The notes: generated by a model not told the origin, from the letters alone. Shown: positions 7,799-16,742, counted from the stretch's first letter. The stretch is DNA of 64,000 nt from Deltaproteobacteria bacterium (GCA_016208255.1 JACQYK010000085.1:102996-166995); one strand, 5' to 3'. Program-made: numbers and translations.

Positions 7799-9736
7799 TT
7801 ACAGTTTCCAAACGGCCTGCGCCCCTTCTTCGACGGCTTCAAAAATCCGGCGGGGTTGCCGGGCATCGCCGATGACCGAAAAGGGAATTTTTAGAGACTC
7901 CAAAATCCCTTTCAACTCGTCCCGGGGCTTCAGGCCCACGGCCATCACGACCTGGTCGACGGGAGACAGGGTCGAGGTTTCCCCTTTGGTTTCGATTTCA
8001 ACACTCCCGTCGCCGATAGACTTTAAGACCGTGCCAAATAGGAGACGGCATTTTTTCTCCTGAAGGCGTTGGTGCAGCATATATCCGTGGGAGGTGATCT
8101 TCCGGACCGGTGACCGCTCCAGCATCTCAACCAGGGTCACTTCCTTTCCCTGTTCGCTGAGAAAATCAGCGGTTTCCATCCCGATCAGCCCTCCGCCGAC
8201 GACCAGAATGTGATCTTTGGGCGCCACCGTGCCGCTCAGGATCTGCCAGGCGTCGCAAACACTGGGTTTTTCAATTCCGGCGATTGGGGGAATTATCTTT
8301 TCTCCGCCGCTGGCCAGGATGACATGATCCGGGTTTTGATCCCTCAATAACCTTTCGTTAACCGGTGTGCCGCTTTGGATCGTTACCCCGGCTTTTCTGA
8401 CCTGATCGATCTGCCAGTCGATCCATTCTCCGTAGATTTTTTTATAGGGCGGGATCCGGGCATAACGGAGCTGGCCGCCCAGTTCTTCTTCCTGTTCGAA
8501 AAGGGTCACCCGGTGTCCCAATCGTGCTGCTTCGAAGGCCGCCGTGAGACCTCCGGGGCCTGAACCCACCACCAGCACTTTCTTGGGTTTTGCCGCCGGA
8601 CCTTTCGGATAGATGGTTTCCTGACCGGTTTCAGGATTGATGGAACAGCGGATATTGCCTTCACCAAGGATTTCACGCTCGATGCAGCCCTGATTACAGG
8701 CGATGCATTTTCGTATCTCCGCGGTTCGACCGGCCTTGGCTTTGATCAGAAAATCCGGATCGGCCAGAAATTGACGTCCGAAGGCCACCAGTTCCGCGTC
8801 ACCGCGGCCGATCACCTCATCAGCCAGGGCCGGATCACTAAACCGTCCGACCGCGATAACCGGCACCGAAACAACCTCCTTTATCTTTTTTGCCAGCCCG
8901 ACATTAAAGCCCGGTTCGTATTCGGGAGTGGCCTGAGTGATAGCCCCGGGACTCCCGTGAGTGCCTATGGAAGCATGAATGATATCGGCCCCGGCCCGGA
9001 CTATATCCGGGAGGATAGTCTGCATATCCTCGATGGTGTAGCCACCCCGGATGTATTCTTCGCCCGAAATCCGGACCGAGATGGGAAATCCCGGCCCTAC
9101 CTGTCTTCGAACCTCGGTGATGACCTCAATAACAAATCGCGATCGTTCTTTTAAAGTGGCTCCGCCGTATTCGTCGGTCCGCCGGTTGGATATGGCCGAT
9201 AGAAACTGGGTCAGCAGGTAGCCGTGAGCCCCATGGAGCTCCACCGCGTCGAATCCGGCTTCACGGGCCCGGACCGCGGCTGATCCGAAGGCCAGGATGA
9301 CTTCTTTGATATCTTCCAGGGTCATCTCCCGGGGTGTTCTTCGGAAGACGATACTCGGGACCGGCGAGGGTGCCACGGCCTTCCCTTGTTCCAGGAGAAA
9401 GGTACTCTCCCGGCCGGCATGATGGATCTGCATGGCAATCTTAGACCCGGCCTCATGGGCCACAGCCACCAGCCTGGACAATCCCGGTATGAACCGGTCG
9501 TCATAGGCGCCCAACTGGTTCGGAGAGGCAATGCCTTCCGGGTGGGCGGCGGTTATTTCGGTGATGATCAATCCCGGCTGACCCTGGGCCCGGCGTTTCA
9601 GATAGGCCAAATTTTCCGGGCTGACCGTTCCGTCATCCCGGCCCAGGTTGGTGCCCATGGGGGGCATTACCACCCAGTTGGTCAGGGACATGGATTTGAT
9701 GGTAATGGGGGACAGAAGTTGGTTTAGCGGACTCAT
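7799..9736 (-). CDS. OYE-family FMN/[4Fe-4S]/FAD enoate reductase (2,4-dienoyl-CoA reductase-like)
   Basis: 645 aa with three parts: an N-terminal NADH:flavin oxidoreductase domain, a CIACNQGCIE Cys motif, and a C-terminal VLVVGSGPGGLTAAFEAARLGHRVTLFEQ dinucleotide-binding domain. Confidence 0.8.
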   Translation of the reverse strand: MSPLNQLLSPITIKSMSLTNWVVMPPMGTNLGRDDGTVSPENLAYLKRRAQGQPGLIITEITAAHPEGIASPNQLGAYDDRFIPGLSRLVAVAHEAGSKIAMQIHHAGRESTFLLEQGKAVAPSPVPSIVFRRTPREMTLEDIKEVILAFGSAAVRAREAGFDAVELHGAHGYLLTQFLSAISNRRTDEYGGATLKERSRFVIEVITEVRRQVGPGFPISVRISGEEYIRGGYTIEDMQTILPDIVRAGADIIHASIGTHGSPGAITQATPEYEPGFNVGLAKKIKEVVSVPVIAVGRFSDPALADEVIGRGDAELVAFGRQFLADPDFLIKAKAGRTAEIRKCIACNQGCIEREILGEGNIRCSINPETGQETIYPKGPAAKPKKVLVVGSGPGGLTAAFEAARLGHRVTLFEQEEELGGQLRYARIPPYKKIYGEWIDWQIDQVRKAGVTIQSGTPVNERLLRDQNPDHVILASGGEKIIPPIAGIEKPSVCDAWQILSGTVAPKDHILVVGGGLIGMETADFLSEQGKEVTLVEMLERSPVRKITSHGYMLHQRLQEKKCRLLFGTVLKSIGDGSVEIETKGETSTLSPVDQVVMAVGLKPRDELKGILESLKIPFSVIGDARQPRRIFEAVEEGAQAVWKL

Positions 9737-9964
9737 GAATGTCTCCTTTTCAATCTTAGAGATAAAGGCATATTGGAAAAAATAGCTAATATCTTATCAT
9801 AATCGACCTATTGATGGATAATCCTTTTTTGGATTACCAATTTGACAATATAAGTTGCTTGTTTTAAAATAAAATTATTCGTTAAAAAAACCTCCTTGGT
9901 ATTTTAATTAAAGTTCTTCAATAGTTCGGACAAAGATCTCAGGGAGACCTCGATCAGGGCTGTC

Positions 9965-10705
9965 ATGTTTAGAGAATGGATTGGAGATTTTAAAGAAAAG
10001 AATACAAGCCTTATCATCTCCTATCTTTCTCTGCGTCAATTGATCGGTTGGCTCGGCATGCTTTTACCCCTTATCTGCGTAGGGGGCGGATTTCTCTTTT
10101 CTAAACTTCCCCTGCAGCCATCGATCAGCGCTTATTACCACACCAATATGAGGGACTTTTTCGTCGGACTTATGATTTGTGTGTCATTTTTTCTCGTCAC
10201 CTATAAAGGATATGAGAGGATTGATAAAAGAATTACCACGCTGATTGGGATCGCTGGTTTTGGTATCGCGGTCTTCCCTTGTCTGGATAGCGGTACCAGC
10301 ACCCGGGCCGTGGGGATTTTTCAATTAAGCTCTTCCCTCTCAGACAAAATTCATATCGGGTGCGCGCTCATCTTTTTCATTCTTCTGGCCATTAATTCGA
10401 TATTCCTTTTCACCTTAGGCCAGGACCCCAAAAAAAATTCCATCTACAGGATTTGCGGAATTGTCATTCTTTCTTCCATTATTTTATTGGCAATCGGAGT
10501 GGTCGCGATTAACGATGAAGTTGTAAAAAAAATGAAAATAGTTCTGGCCCTGGAAACGGTCATGCTCTGGGCCTTTGGAATATCCTGGTTGGTAAAAGGA
10601 AAGACCCTGGAAAACCTTGCCGAACTATCTGTTTTGTTAAAAGAAAAAACACAGCAATATCTTTCCGAGATAAAAAGATTGGTAAAAAAGGAGTCCGTTA
10701 AATGA
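9965..10705 (+). CDS. Hypothetical integral membrane protein
   Basis: 246 aa with about 6 hydrophobic segments (..PSISAYYHTNMRDFFVGLMI..). Lies in the AT-rich island. Confidence 0.5.
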   Translation: MFREWIGDFKEKNTSLIISYLSLRQLIGWLGMLLPLICVGGGFLFSKLPLQPSISAYYHTNMRDFFVGLMICVSFFLVTYKGYERIDKRITTLIGIAGFGIAVFPCLDSGTSTRAVGIFQLSSSLSDKIHIGCALIFFILLAINSIFLFTLGQDPKKNSIYRICGIVILSSIILLAIGVVAINDEVVKKMKIVLALETVMLWAFGISWLVKGKTLENLAELSVLLKEKTQQYLSEIKRLVKKESVK

Positions 10706-11214
10706 CGCACTGCGAAGGAGGGGACAGCCTTTTTTTATTCGGCTAAGGTTTCAAAGGAAATCTTAAGAGGTCCTGATTTGGCAGAAGAAAAATTTACTAC
10801 CGGAGGCCTTAAATGGATTTTTAAAGACCTTCTGGAAAGTCTGTCCAAGGCTGATATTGCCTCTTCGGCGGGAAATCTTGATCTGGTCCTGAATGAGGCC
10901 GGGGAGGCGGAAGTTCCGTGTTTGGGGAGGGCTATCTTGACAGCTACTTCCACCAGTTCATAGTTTCACTTGGCCAGTTCTCCTCTATTATCTATTTTCC
11001 CTTAACCTATATGATGTTATCGGTTTTTATCCTGCCATAAGATCCTGGAAGCCGTCAAACAGAAAAATAAAAGCAAGGCGGAAAGAGCCGTTCAAGGGTC
11101 TATCAAAACCTTGTTCAAATTTAATTACCTTTTTTCTTGATAATAAAGACGGTACTCATTGGCGCGATAGAGTCGGCGGAACCTTCTTTAGACTTCTTCG
11201 ATTTATATCTTCTC

Positions 11215-11243
11215 TTGACTAACTATGCCCTTCATTTTATAAT
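11215..11243 (+). promoter_or_regulatory. Sigma70-type promoter candidate for the methyltransferase gene
   Basis: TTGACT (11215-11220), a 17-nt spacer, then TATAAT (11238-11243), about 120 nt upstream of the ATG at 11365. Confidence 0.5.
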
Positions 11244-11364
11244 CATTAATCAATTTTGTAAAATCAAAGTCTTACGGCAAATCGTCCAAGCTAACAAATC
11301 CATAATCATATCGCCGTTTTTCGAATACGACTTACATTTTCTATTTTACTCAGGATTCTCCACT

Positions 11365-13365
11365 ATGGATTCAACCCAATTAGCCCTTGCTTTTTCGGAG
11401 GTTGATGCCCCTTTAGTGCATCTTCAAAAGACTGTGCCAATAGACACGACTTTCCCGGAAGAAGAGGCCAACAGACTGGCTATAATCGAGTCGTTTAATA
11501 AACACCTTTTCAGGCCTAATACCTATTTGCATAAGTGGTGGGCGCGACGGTCAGGGACCACCTTTCGCCATATCTTAAAACAACTCGTGCCGGATCCATC
11601 GAAAAGGGATTATTATATTGCCGGAGGTTTGGAAGGGGTTACCATTCTCGATCCCATGATCGGTGGTGGAACCACTTTGCACGAGGCTATCCGATTAGGG
11701 GCTAATGTAATCGGATACGACATCGACCCGATTCCCATACTTCAGGCCAGGGCCTCTCTCTCAAGTATCTCCGTTTCTGAAAAGGAACAGGTCTACCGTT
11801 CTTTCGAAAGGGAATTAACCAAGCGTATAGCTAAGTACTTCAAGACTTCTTGCCCAACTTGTCGAAGCAGTGCCGATCTTCAGTTTACGTTATATGGTTT
11901 GAGAAAACGATGCGATGCAGATGAAGTCTTAGTTGTGGACTCCATGGTTCTCAGGGAGGAGCCTGATGGTACCCAGAGGACTCTCAATGAGTTTTATCCT
12001 TCCTGTCAAATCAATTTAACAGGAAAAACCTGGAAGATAATAACCAGAGAAGAAGCTCGGGGAAAGGGGATTAACGGAAAAAATTCAGACCTCATATCGG
12101 TCCCCTTTGACGAACGGTATGTCCCTCTGGCTATCGCCGGGTATTGCCCGGTTCACCAAAATTTTTATAAACCACTCGACAGTCAGGATATTAAACTTCT
12201 TCAATCCACCCGACGTCGGTCATCCAAGAATATCAAACTACCATCCCATGATTTTGAGATACCCAACGGTCCCAAGTCAGATGATTTGAAAAACAGGAAT
12301 ATTCATTATTTCTTCGAACTTTTTTTCCCCCGTCAGTTGATCTATATTGTCGAGTCCCAGTCTATACTTGCTACTATCCCCGAAAAGCACACCCTTTGGC
12401 TGAGCTTGTTAATATCGACCTCCCTGGAATTTAATGCCGCCCTCTGTGGGTATAAAGGTGTGGATAAAAGACGTCCTGGGGCTATCCGGCATGTTTTTTC
12501 CCATCATGCCTATTCATTCCCCTATACTGCATTGGAAAACAATCCCTTGTTCCATCGCAACACCTCAGGTACTCTCGGCAATCTTTTTGAGACCCGGATA
12601 GCCTCAGCCGGGCAGTGGGCCAAGGCTCCGATTGAACGATATTATAACAACCACCACTGGGTGAAGACGGCGATCCAAAACGAGATCGACCAGGGCCAGG
12701 AAGCCTCTTCTCTCTCAGACTTTTCCGGCCAGAAAAAAATGTTCCTGGTCGGCCAGCAGGATTCGACCCAAATGCCCTTACCTGTCAGATCAGTTGATTT
12801 TGTAGTAACCGACCCGCCTTATTTTAACAGTGTTCAGTATAGCGATTTATCTCATTTTTTTCGCTGCTGGCTGAAAACCTTTATTCCAACCCAAGCTAAT
12901 TGGCATTATGTGGCCCAATCCTCGGCCGTTGCGGAATCAATAGAAAACGAAGAGAAGTTCGGTTTGGTTCTTGGACAAATCTGGCAGGAATGCAACAGGG
13001 TGTTAAAACGTCCCCATGGCCGGCTCATTTTTACCTATCATCACTGGAATCCTAATGCATGGGCGCAATTAACCAAGGCACTGAAAAAGGCCCGCTTTCT
13101 CCTGACCAGCGCCTTTGTAGTCCATTCGGAAAATCCGATTTCCGTTCACATCATGAATTTACGCGCTCTGAAGCATGACACCATACTCGTCCTGAAGCCA
13201 AGGGGGCCACAGAAAAAGGCACACTGGCCAAGACCCGGACCGATTGAAGGTTTTGATAGCTATTCTTTTTGCACGGCCTGCGGGAATATGATGGGCTGGA
13301 TTCTCGAACAGAACCTGTCTGATCAAGAACTAACCAAAACCTGGGCAGAATTCCTGAAAGGTTGA
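11365..13365 (+). CDS. DNA methyltransferase (N6-adenine/N4-cytosine type, DUF1156-like N-terminus)
   Basis: HKWWARRSG motif, SAM motif I ILDPMIGGGTTLHEA, a CPTCRSS Zn-ribbon-like segment and catalytic VVTDPPYFNSVQY. The ATG at 11365 is preferred over the TTG at 11137. Confidence 0.75.
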   Translation: MDSTQLALAFSEVDAPLVHLQKTVPIDTTFPEEEANRLAIIESFNKHLFRPNTYLHKWWARRSGTTFRHILKQLVPDPSKRDYYIAGGLEGVTILDPMIGGGTTLHEAIRLGANVIGYDIDPIPILQARASLSSISVSEKEQVYRSFERELTKRIAKYFKTSCPTCRSSADLQFTLYGLRKRCDADEVLVVDSMVLREEPDGTQRTLNEFYPSCQINLTGKTWKIITREEARGKGINGKNSDLISVPFDERYVPLAIAGYCPVHQNFYKPLDSQDIKLLQSTRRRSSKNIKLPSHDFEIPNGPKSDDLKNRNIHYFFELFFPRQLIYIVESQSILATIPEKHTLWLSLLISTSLEFNAALCGYKGVDKRRPGAIRHVFSHHAYSFPYTALENNPLFHRNTSGTLGNLFETRIASAGQWAKAPIERYYNNHHWVKTAIQNEIDQGQEASSLSDFSGQKKMFLVGQQDSTQMPLPVRSVDFVVTDPPYFNSVQYSDLSHFFRCWLKTFIPTQANWHYVAQSSAVAESIENEEKFGLVLGQIWQECNRVLKRPHGRLIFTYHHWNPNAWAQLTKALKKARFLLTSAFVVHSENPISVHIMNLRALKHDTILVLKPRGPQKKAHWPRPGPIEGFDSYSFCTACGNMMGWILEQNLSDQELTKTWAEFLKG

Positions 13366-13369
13366 ATTG

Positions 13370-14296
13370 ATGGCCAAATACCCTTCCGAGATTTTTGGAT
13401 ATTATTGGAAAGACTCTTCGATAGAGGCAAAATCAGCCAGGGAAGCCCATAATTGCCCCTTTCATGATTCTCAGTGCTATAAAAAAAGTCGGCTGGTTGA
13501 CTATCCCTTTGGGGTATGCACGGCTTACACCGACGGACAAGAGATTGCCCTATGCCCCCGCAGGTTTCTGGAGAAAGGCATTATTTTTCGAGACATTTCC
13601 AAGGATCACTTTGGCTCTATTGACAACATCCTGGTTTTTAGTGAAGTCGGTCTTCCCGGGATCGGTAACTTCGACTTCATCATGGTCAAACACAAGCCGC
13701 TTAGCACGGTAGTAGAAGACTTCGTTGTCATCGAGCTTCAGACCGGACAGACCACCAGCACCGGCAAGCTGGTCCAGGGATTTAAAGAATTTATGGGAGC
13801 AGGGACCTTGGCCCCACAGGCCACCTACAATTTTGGCATAAACACCTATGATATATGGAAGAGAACCTTTACCCAAATTCTCAACAAGGGAATAATCTTA
13901 GAGAAATGGAAACGAAAGATTTTCTGGGTTGTCCAGGAACCGATCTTTGAATATTTCCGGCACAAATATCGTCTCGGCTCCATCCAGTACGACCCCAGCC
14001 ATACCTCGGTTTTTCTTCTCTATGACCTTAATCTTACGGATAATCGATTAGTCCTTTCTCAAACCAAGAAATATTCCTCGACCATAGACGCACTTTTTGA
14101 AGCCTTCAGAAAAAATGACGATATTCCTCCCGTTGAAAAGTTCGTGGAACGATTGCAGACCAAGGTGGATTCCGATCTCAAACTCGGCCTTCGTTTGGAT
14201 AAAAAAATATCCCCCAGCTATTTTGATGCCCCTAAGCCGACTTCTTCTGGAAGGGTTAAAGAGGAACAGGCGGATTTTGGATTTGAGGATCTTTAG
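13370..14296 (+). CDS. Putative type II restriction endonuclease (NotI-family-like)
   Basis: Starts 5 nt after the methylase stop. The N-terminal Cys pattern CPF..C.K..(n)..GVC..(n)..CPRRF resembles, from memory, the Cys4 motif of NotI-family enzymes. The assignment is not verified. Confidence 0.5.
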   Translation: MAKYPSEIFGYYWKDSSIEAKSAREAHNCPFHDSQCYKKSRLVDYPFGVCTAYTDGQEIALCPRRFLEKGIIFRDISKDHFGSIDNILVFSEVGLPGIGNFDFIMVKHKPLSTVVEDFVVIELQTGQTTSTGKLVQGFKEFMGAGTLAPQATYNFGINTYDIWKRTFTQILNKGIILEKWKRKIFWVVQEPIFEYFRHKYRLGSIQYDPSHTSVFLLYDLNLTDNRLVLSQTKKYSSTIDALFEAFRKNDDIPPVEKFVERLQTKVDSDLKLGLRLDKKISPSYFDAPKPTSSGRVKEEQADFGFEDL

Positions 14297-14315
14297 AGGA
14301 TAAGGCCGAACCTGT

Positions 14316-14367
14316 CCGGGCGCTGTCCCTATTTTAATCATCATGTCCAGGTGGATTCCAGTTCAAA
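14316..14367 (+). repeat. 52-bp unit X-12bp-Y whose halves recur (inverted) at 57395-57415 and 50764-50782
   Basis: X is ccgggcgctgtccctatttta (14316-14336). Y is aggtggattccagttcaaa (14349-14367). Exact reverse-complement matches were found by eye. Confidence 0.85.
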
Positions 14368-14375
14368 ATGCACCA

Positions 14376-15308
14376 CTAACAATTTGAAGATTTATTATGA
14401 TTACCTTGCCTGTCTACAATGCTGGGGATTGATGCGGAAATGCTGTTCGGGTATTTAACACTGAAACTAAATTGTCTTAAAATATTTTGTCCCTCCTCAA
14501 TGGAGTATTTATTATCGAGGTGAATGCGATAGGCAATCGCTTCTAAAGATCCTACAAGTGCATAGGCCGTGAGTTCAGGATCCATCTCCGGGAAAATTCC
14601 TTGATCTATTCCCTTTTTGAGATCACTGATGACTGGACGGACAAATTTAGCATATATTTCGTTATATTTTCCTTCAAACCCCTCCTCCTTGCTCACAGAT
14701 GCACCACGTACCAATTGTAAAATATCCTTGATTCGAGGATAAACTCTTATAAAAGCTTCCCCTCTCAGCCTCAATCTGGATCTCATGTCGGTCTCTTCTC
14801 TGATTCGAACAAAATCCTCCTTCCATAAATTCTCAAAAATATCATCTATGCAATGTAAAAAAACTTCTTTCTTGTTTTTAAAACTGAGATAAAAAGAGCT
14901 TTTCCCTATGCCCAGTTCATCGGTAATGTCGCTAATATTGGTCTGATAATACCCTTTTTCTGAAAATATCTTTCCGGCGGCTTTTATGATCTCTTCCCTC
15001 TTCGATTCTTTGCCCTTCATTGATTGTCGTGAGGCTATGGTCTTTTTATTGGTATGGGGGAGATTATCATCCACCGATTTTTGCGAAAGTACCTGATAGA
15101 TGACGTATAACGAAAATCCTTCATCTCGCAGAGATACAATTTTTTTTAAGGACATTAAATGTTCATCTCCGTAATAGGCCATCGTCTGGTTCTTCCTTTG
15201 AGGCGGCGGAAGAAGTCCAAGTCGCAGGTAATGATGTATTGAATACCGAGATACACCGCTGATTTTAGAAAGATCTCCTATTTTCATATAATGAATATTT
15301 TTCTGCAA
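14376..15308 (-). CDS. Dual-HTH transcriptional regulator (MerR-type N-terminus fused to TetR-type domain)
   Basis: MKIGDLSKISGVSRYSIHHYLRLGLLPPP is MerR-like. EEIIKAAGKIFSEKGYYQTNISDITDELGIGKSSFYLSFKNK is a TetR HTH. The TTG at 15308 has a GGGAGGG SD; an alternative ATG lies at 15287. Confidence 0.75.
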   Translation of the reverse strand: MQKNIHYMKIGDLSKISGVSRYSIHHYLRLGLLPPPQRKNQTMAYYGDEHLMSLKKIVSLRDEGFSLYVIYQVLSQKSVDDNLPHTNKKTIASRQSMKGKESKREEIIKAAGKIFSEKGYYQTNISDITDELGIGKSSFYLSFKNKKEVFLHCIDDIFENLWKEDFVRIREETDMRSRLRLRGEAFIRVYPRIKDILQLVRGASVSKEEGFEGKYNEIYAKFVRPVISDLKKGIDQGIFPEMDPELTAYALVGSLEAIAYRIHLDNKYSIEEGQNILRQFSFSVKYPNSISASIPSIVDRQGNHNKSSNC

Positions 15309-15483
15309 GCTAATGCCCTCCCAATGCTTTAAATCTTATTTCTTAACATAGCAGAACGCCTTCCTATAAATAGGAAAGACCCGATAAATGTTCCAATCCT
15401 TGTTTCTTTAATAGATTAGCTCCACCCCTTAAATCGGAATCCGGTTACCCTATCTCTATTCAGTAGGAGCCATTTATTTGGAA

Positions 15484-15512
15484 ATATTAAGAGAAAAAAC
15501 GACAAATGTCAA
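15484..15512 (-). promoter_or_regulatory. Sigma70-type promoter candidate for the regulator gene
   Basis: Minus strand: TTGACA (15512-15507), a 17-nt spacer, then TAATAT (15489-15484). Confidence 0.45.
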
Positions 15513-15596
15513 GAAATTATATAATAACTGTGTAATTTTATTGCCTCACTTTTGATGATTATAATCATATTATATATAAATTATTGTATTTTTTGC

Positions 15597-15642
15597 TTGA
15601 CATTTACTGGTAATTATATAATATGGACCGACAAGTCAGTCC
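15597..15642 (+). promoter_or_regulatory. Promoter candidate plus palindromic operator for the crotonase operon
   Basis: TTGACA (15597-15602), a 16-nt spacer, then TAATAT (15619-15624). This is immediately followed by ggaccgacaagtcagtcc (15625-15642, half-sites GGACNGAC/GTCAGTCC). Confidence 0.5.
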
Positions 15643-15733
15643 TTATTATATAGTCAGTTTCTGCTTTGATTGAGCTTAGATGAGGTTTTTAAAACAATCT
15701 CCAGGGAATTTATCAAGTCAAATGAGGTGTTCC

Positions 15734-16636
15734 ATGGCCGGAAAGAACAAAGATAAGGTTAATATCATCTCAAGCGGGTCCGAGAATTCGGGAAAATTGG
15801 TTAAAGAAAATGAGTTCACCAAAACTCCTCAAACCCCGGAGCATCTCAAATTTGAAAATCTCCGTTACGAAATTGAAGAAGGAGTCTGTTGGCTCACCAT
15901 TGACAATGAAGAAATGAGAAATGCCTTAACCGACCAGATCCAACAAGACCTGATGACGGCCTTTCATCAGATCCAGAAAGACCGTTCTATTCGGGCCGTT
16001 GTCCTTACCGGCGCTGGAGACAAAGCCTTCAGCTCAGGTGGAGATATTACACTTTTTGGAAGGCTTGATCCAACTGTCGGCATGTGGGATTTTATGAAAA
16101 ACCGTGGGGCCGAGATATGCAGACAAATTGAAAACCTGGATAAACCCGTTATTGCCATGGTCAACGGGCTTTGTTATGCCGGCGGACTGGAACTTGCTTT
16201 ATGCTGTGACATTATCTATGCCTCAGAAACAGCCACCTTCGGGCTTCTGGAAGGCCGTTTAGGTGTACTGCCCGGATGGGGAGGGACGGTTCGCCTTCCG
16301 AGGGCTATTCCCCAGCGACGAGCCAAGGAAATGATCATGACTGCGGAAAGAATCAGGGCTTATGAGGCTAGAGAATTGGGTCTGGTCAATAAAGTCTGTC
16401 CTGCTGATAAACTCAAAGAAGAAACCCAAAAATTGCTCGACAGGATGAAAAAAGTAGGACCTTTGGCTATTCAGGCCTGTAAGAATGTTATCAATACGAC
16501 CCTTGACGTTGAGAGTATGGACAATGCCATGGCCATAGAGAGAGGTGCCATTATGTGGCTTCGTGGAACCAACGATGCCAGAGAAGGAGTCGTGGCCTGG
16601 CTTGAAAAAAGAGCCCCCAATTTTACTGCCACCTAA
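15734..16636 (+). CDS. Enoyl-CoA hydratase/isomerase (crotonase family)
   Basis: VVLTGAGDKAFSSGGDI and MVNGLCYAGGLELALCCDI motifs. The ATG at 15734 follows GAGGTG. Confidence 0.85.
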   Translation: MAGKNKDKVNIISSGSENSGKLVKENEFTKTPQTPEHLKFENLRYEIEEGVCWLTIDNEEMRNALTDQIQQDLMTAFHQIQKDRSIRAVVLTGAGDKAFSSGGDITLFGRLDPTVGMWDFMKNRGAEICRQIENLDKPVIAMVNGLCYAGGLELALCCDIIYASETATFGLLEGRLGVLPGWGGTVRLPRAIPQRRAKEMIMTAERIRAYEARELGLVNKVCPADKLKEETQKLLDRMKKVGPLAIQACKNVINTTLDVESMDNAMAIERGAIMWLRGTNDAREGVVAWLEKRAPNFTAT

Positions 16637-16742
16637 ACGAAATTTTACAACCTGCGGGTCACTGCCCCTAGTGATAAATAGTTTTAGTCTTCTTATAAGC
16701 ATTTTTTACTCAAGGGGTGAAAGACCCAGAGGGAGGGGGAAT

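Noticed and set aside
10735-10963. Overlapping 72-aa (-) and 61-aa (+) ORFs between the membrane protein and the methyltransferase
   Set aside because: They exclude each other. Neither has a convincing SD or any motif, so neither can be supported from sequence alone.
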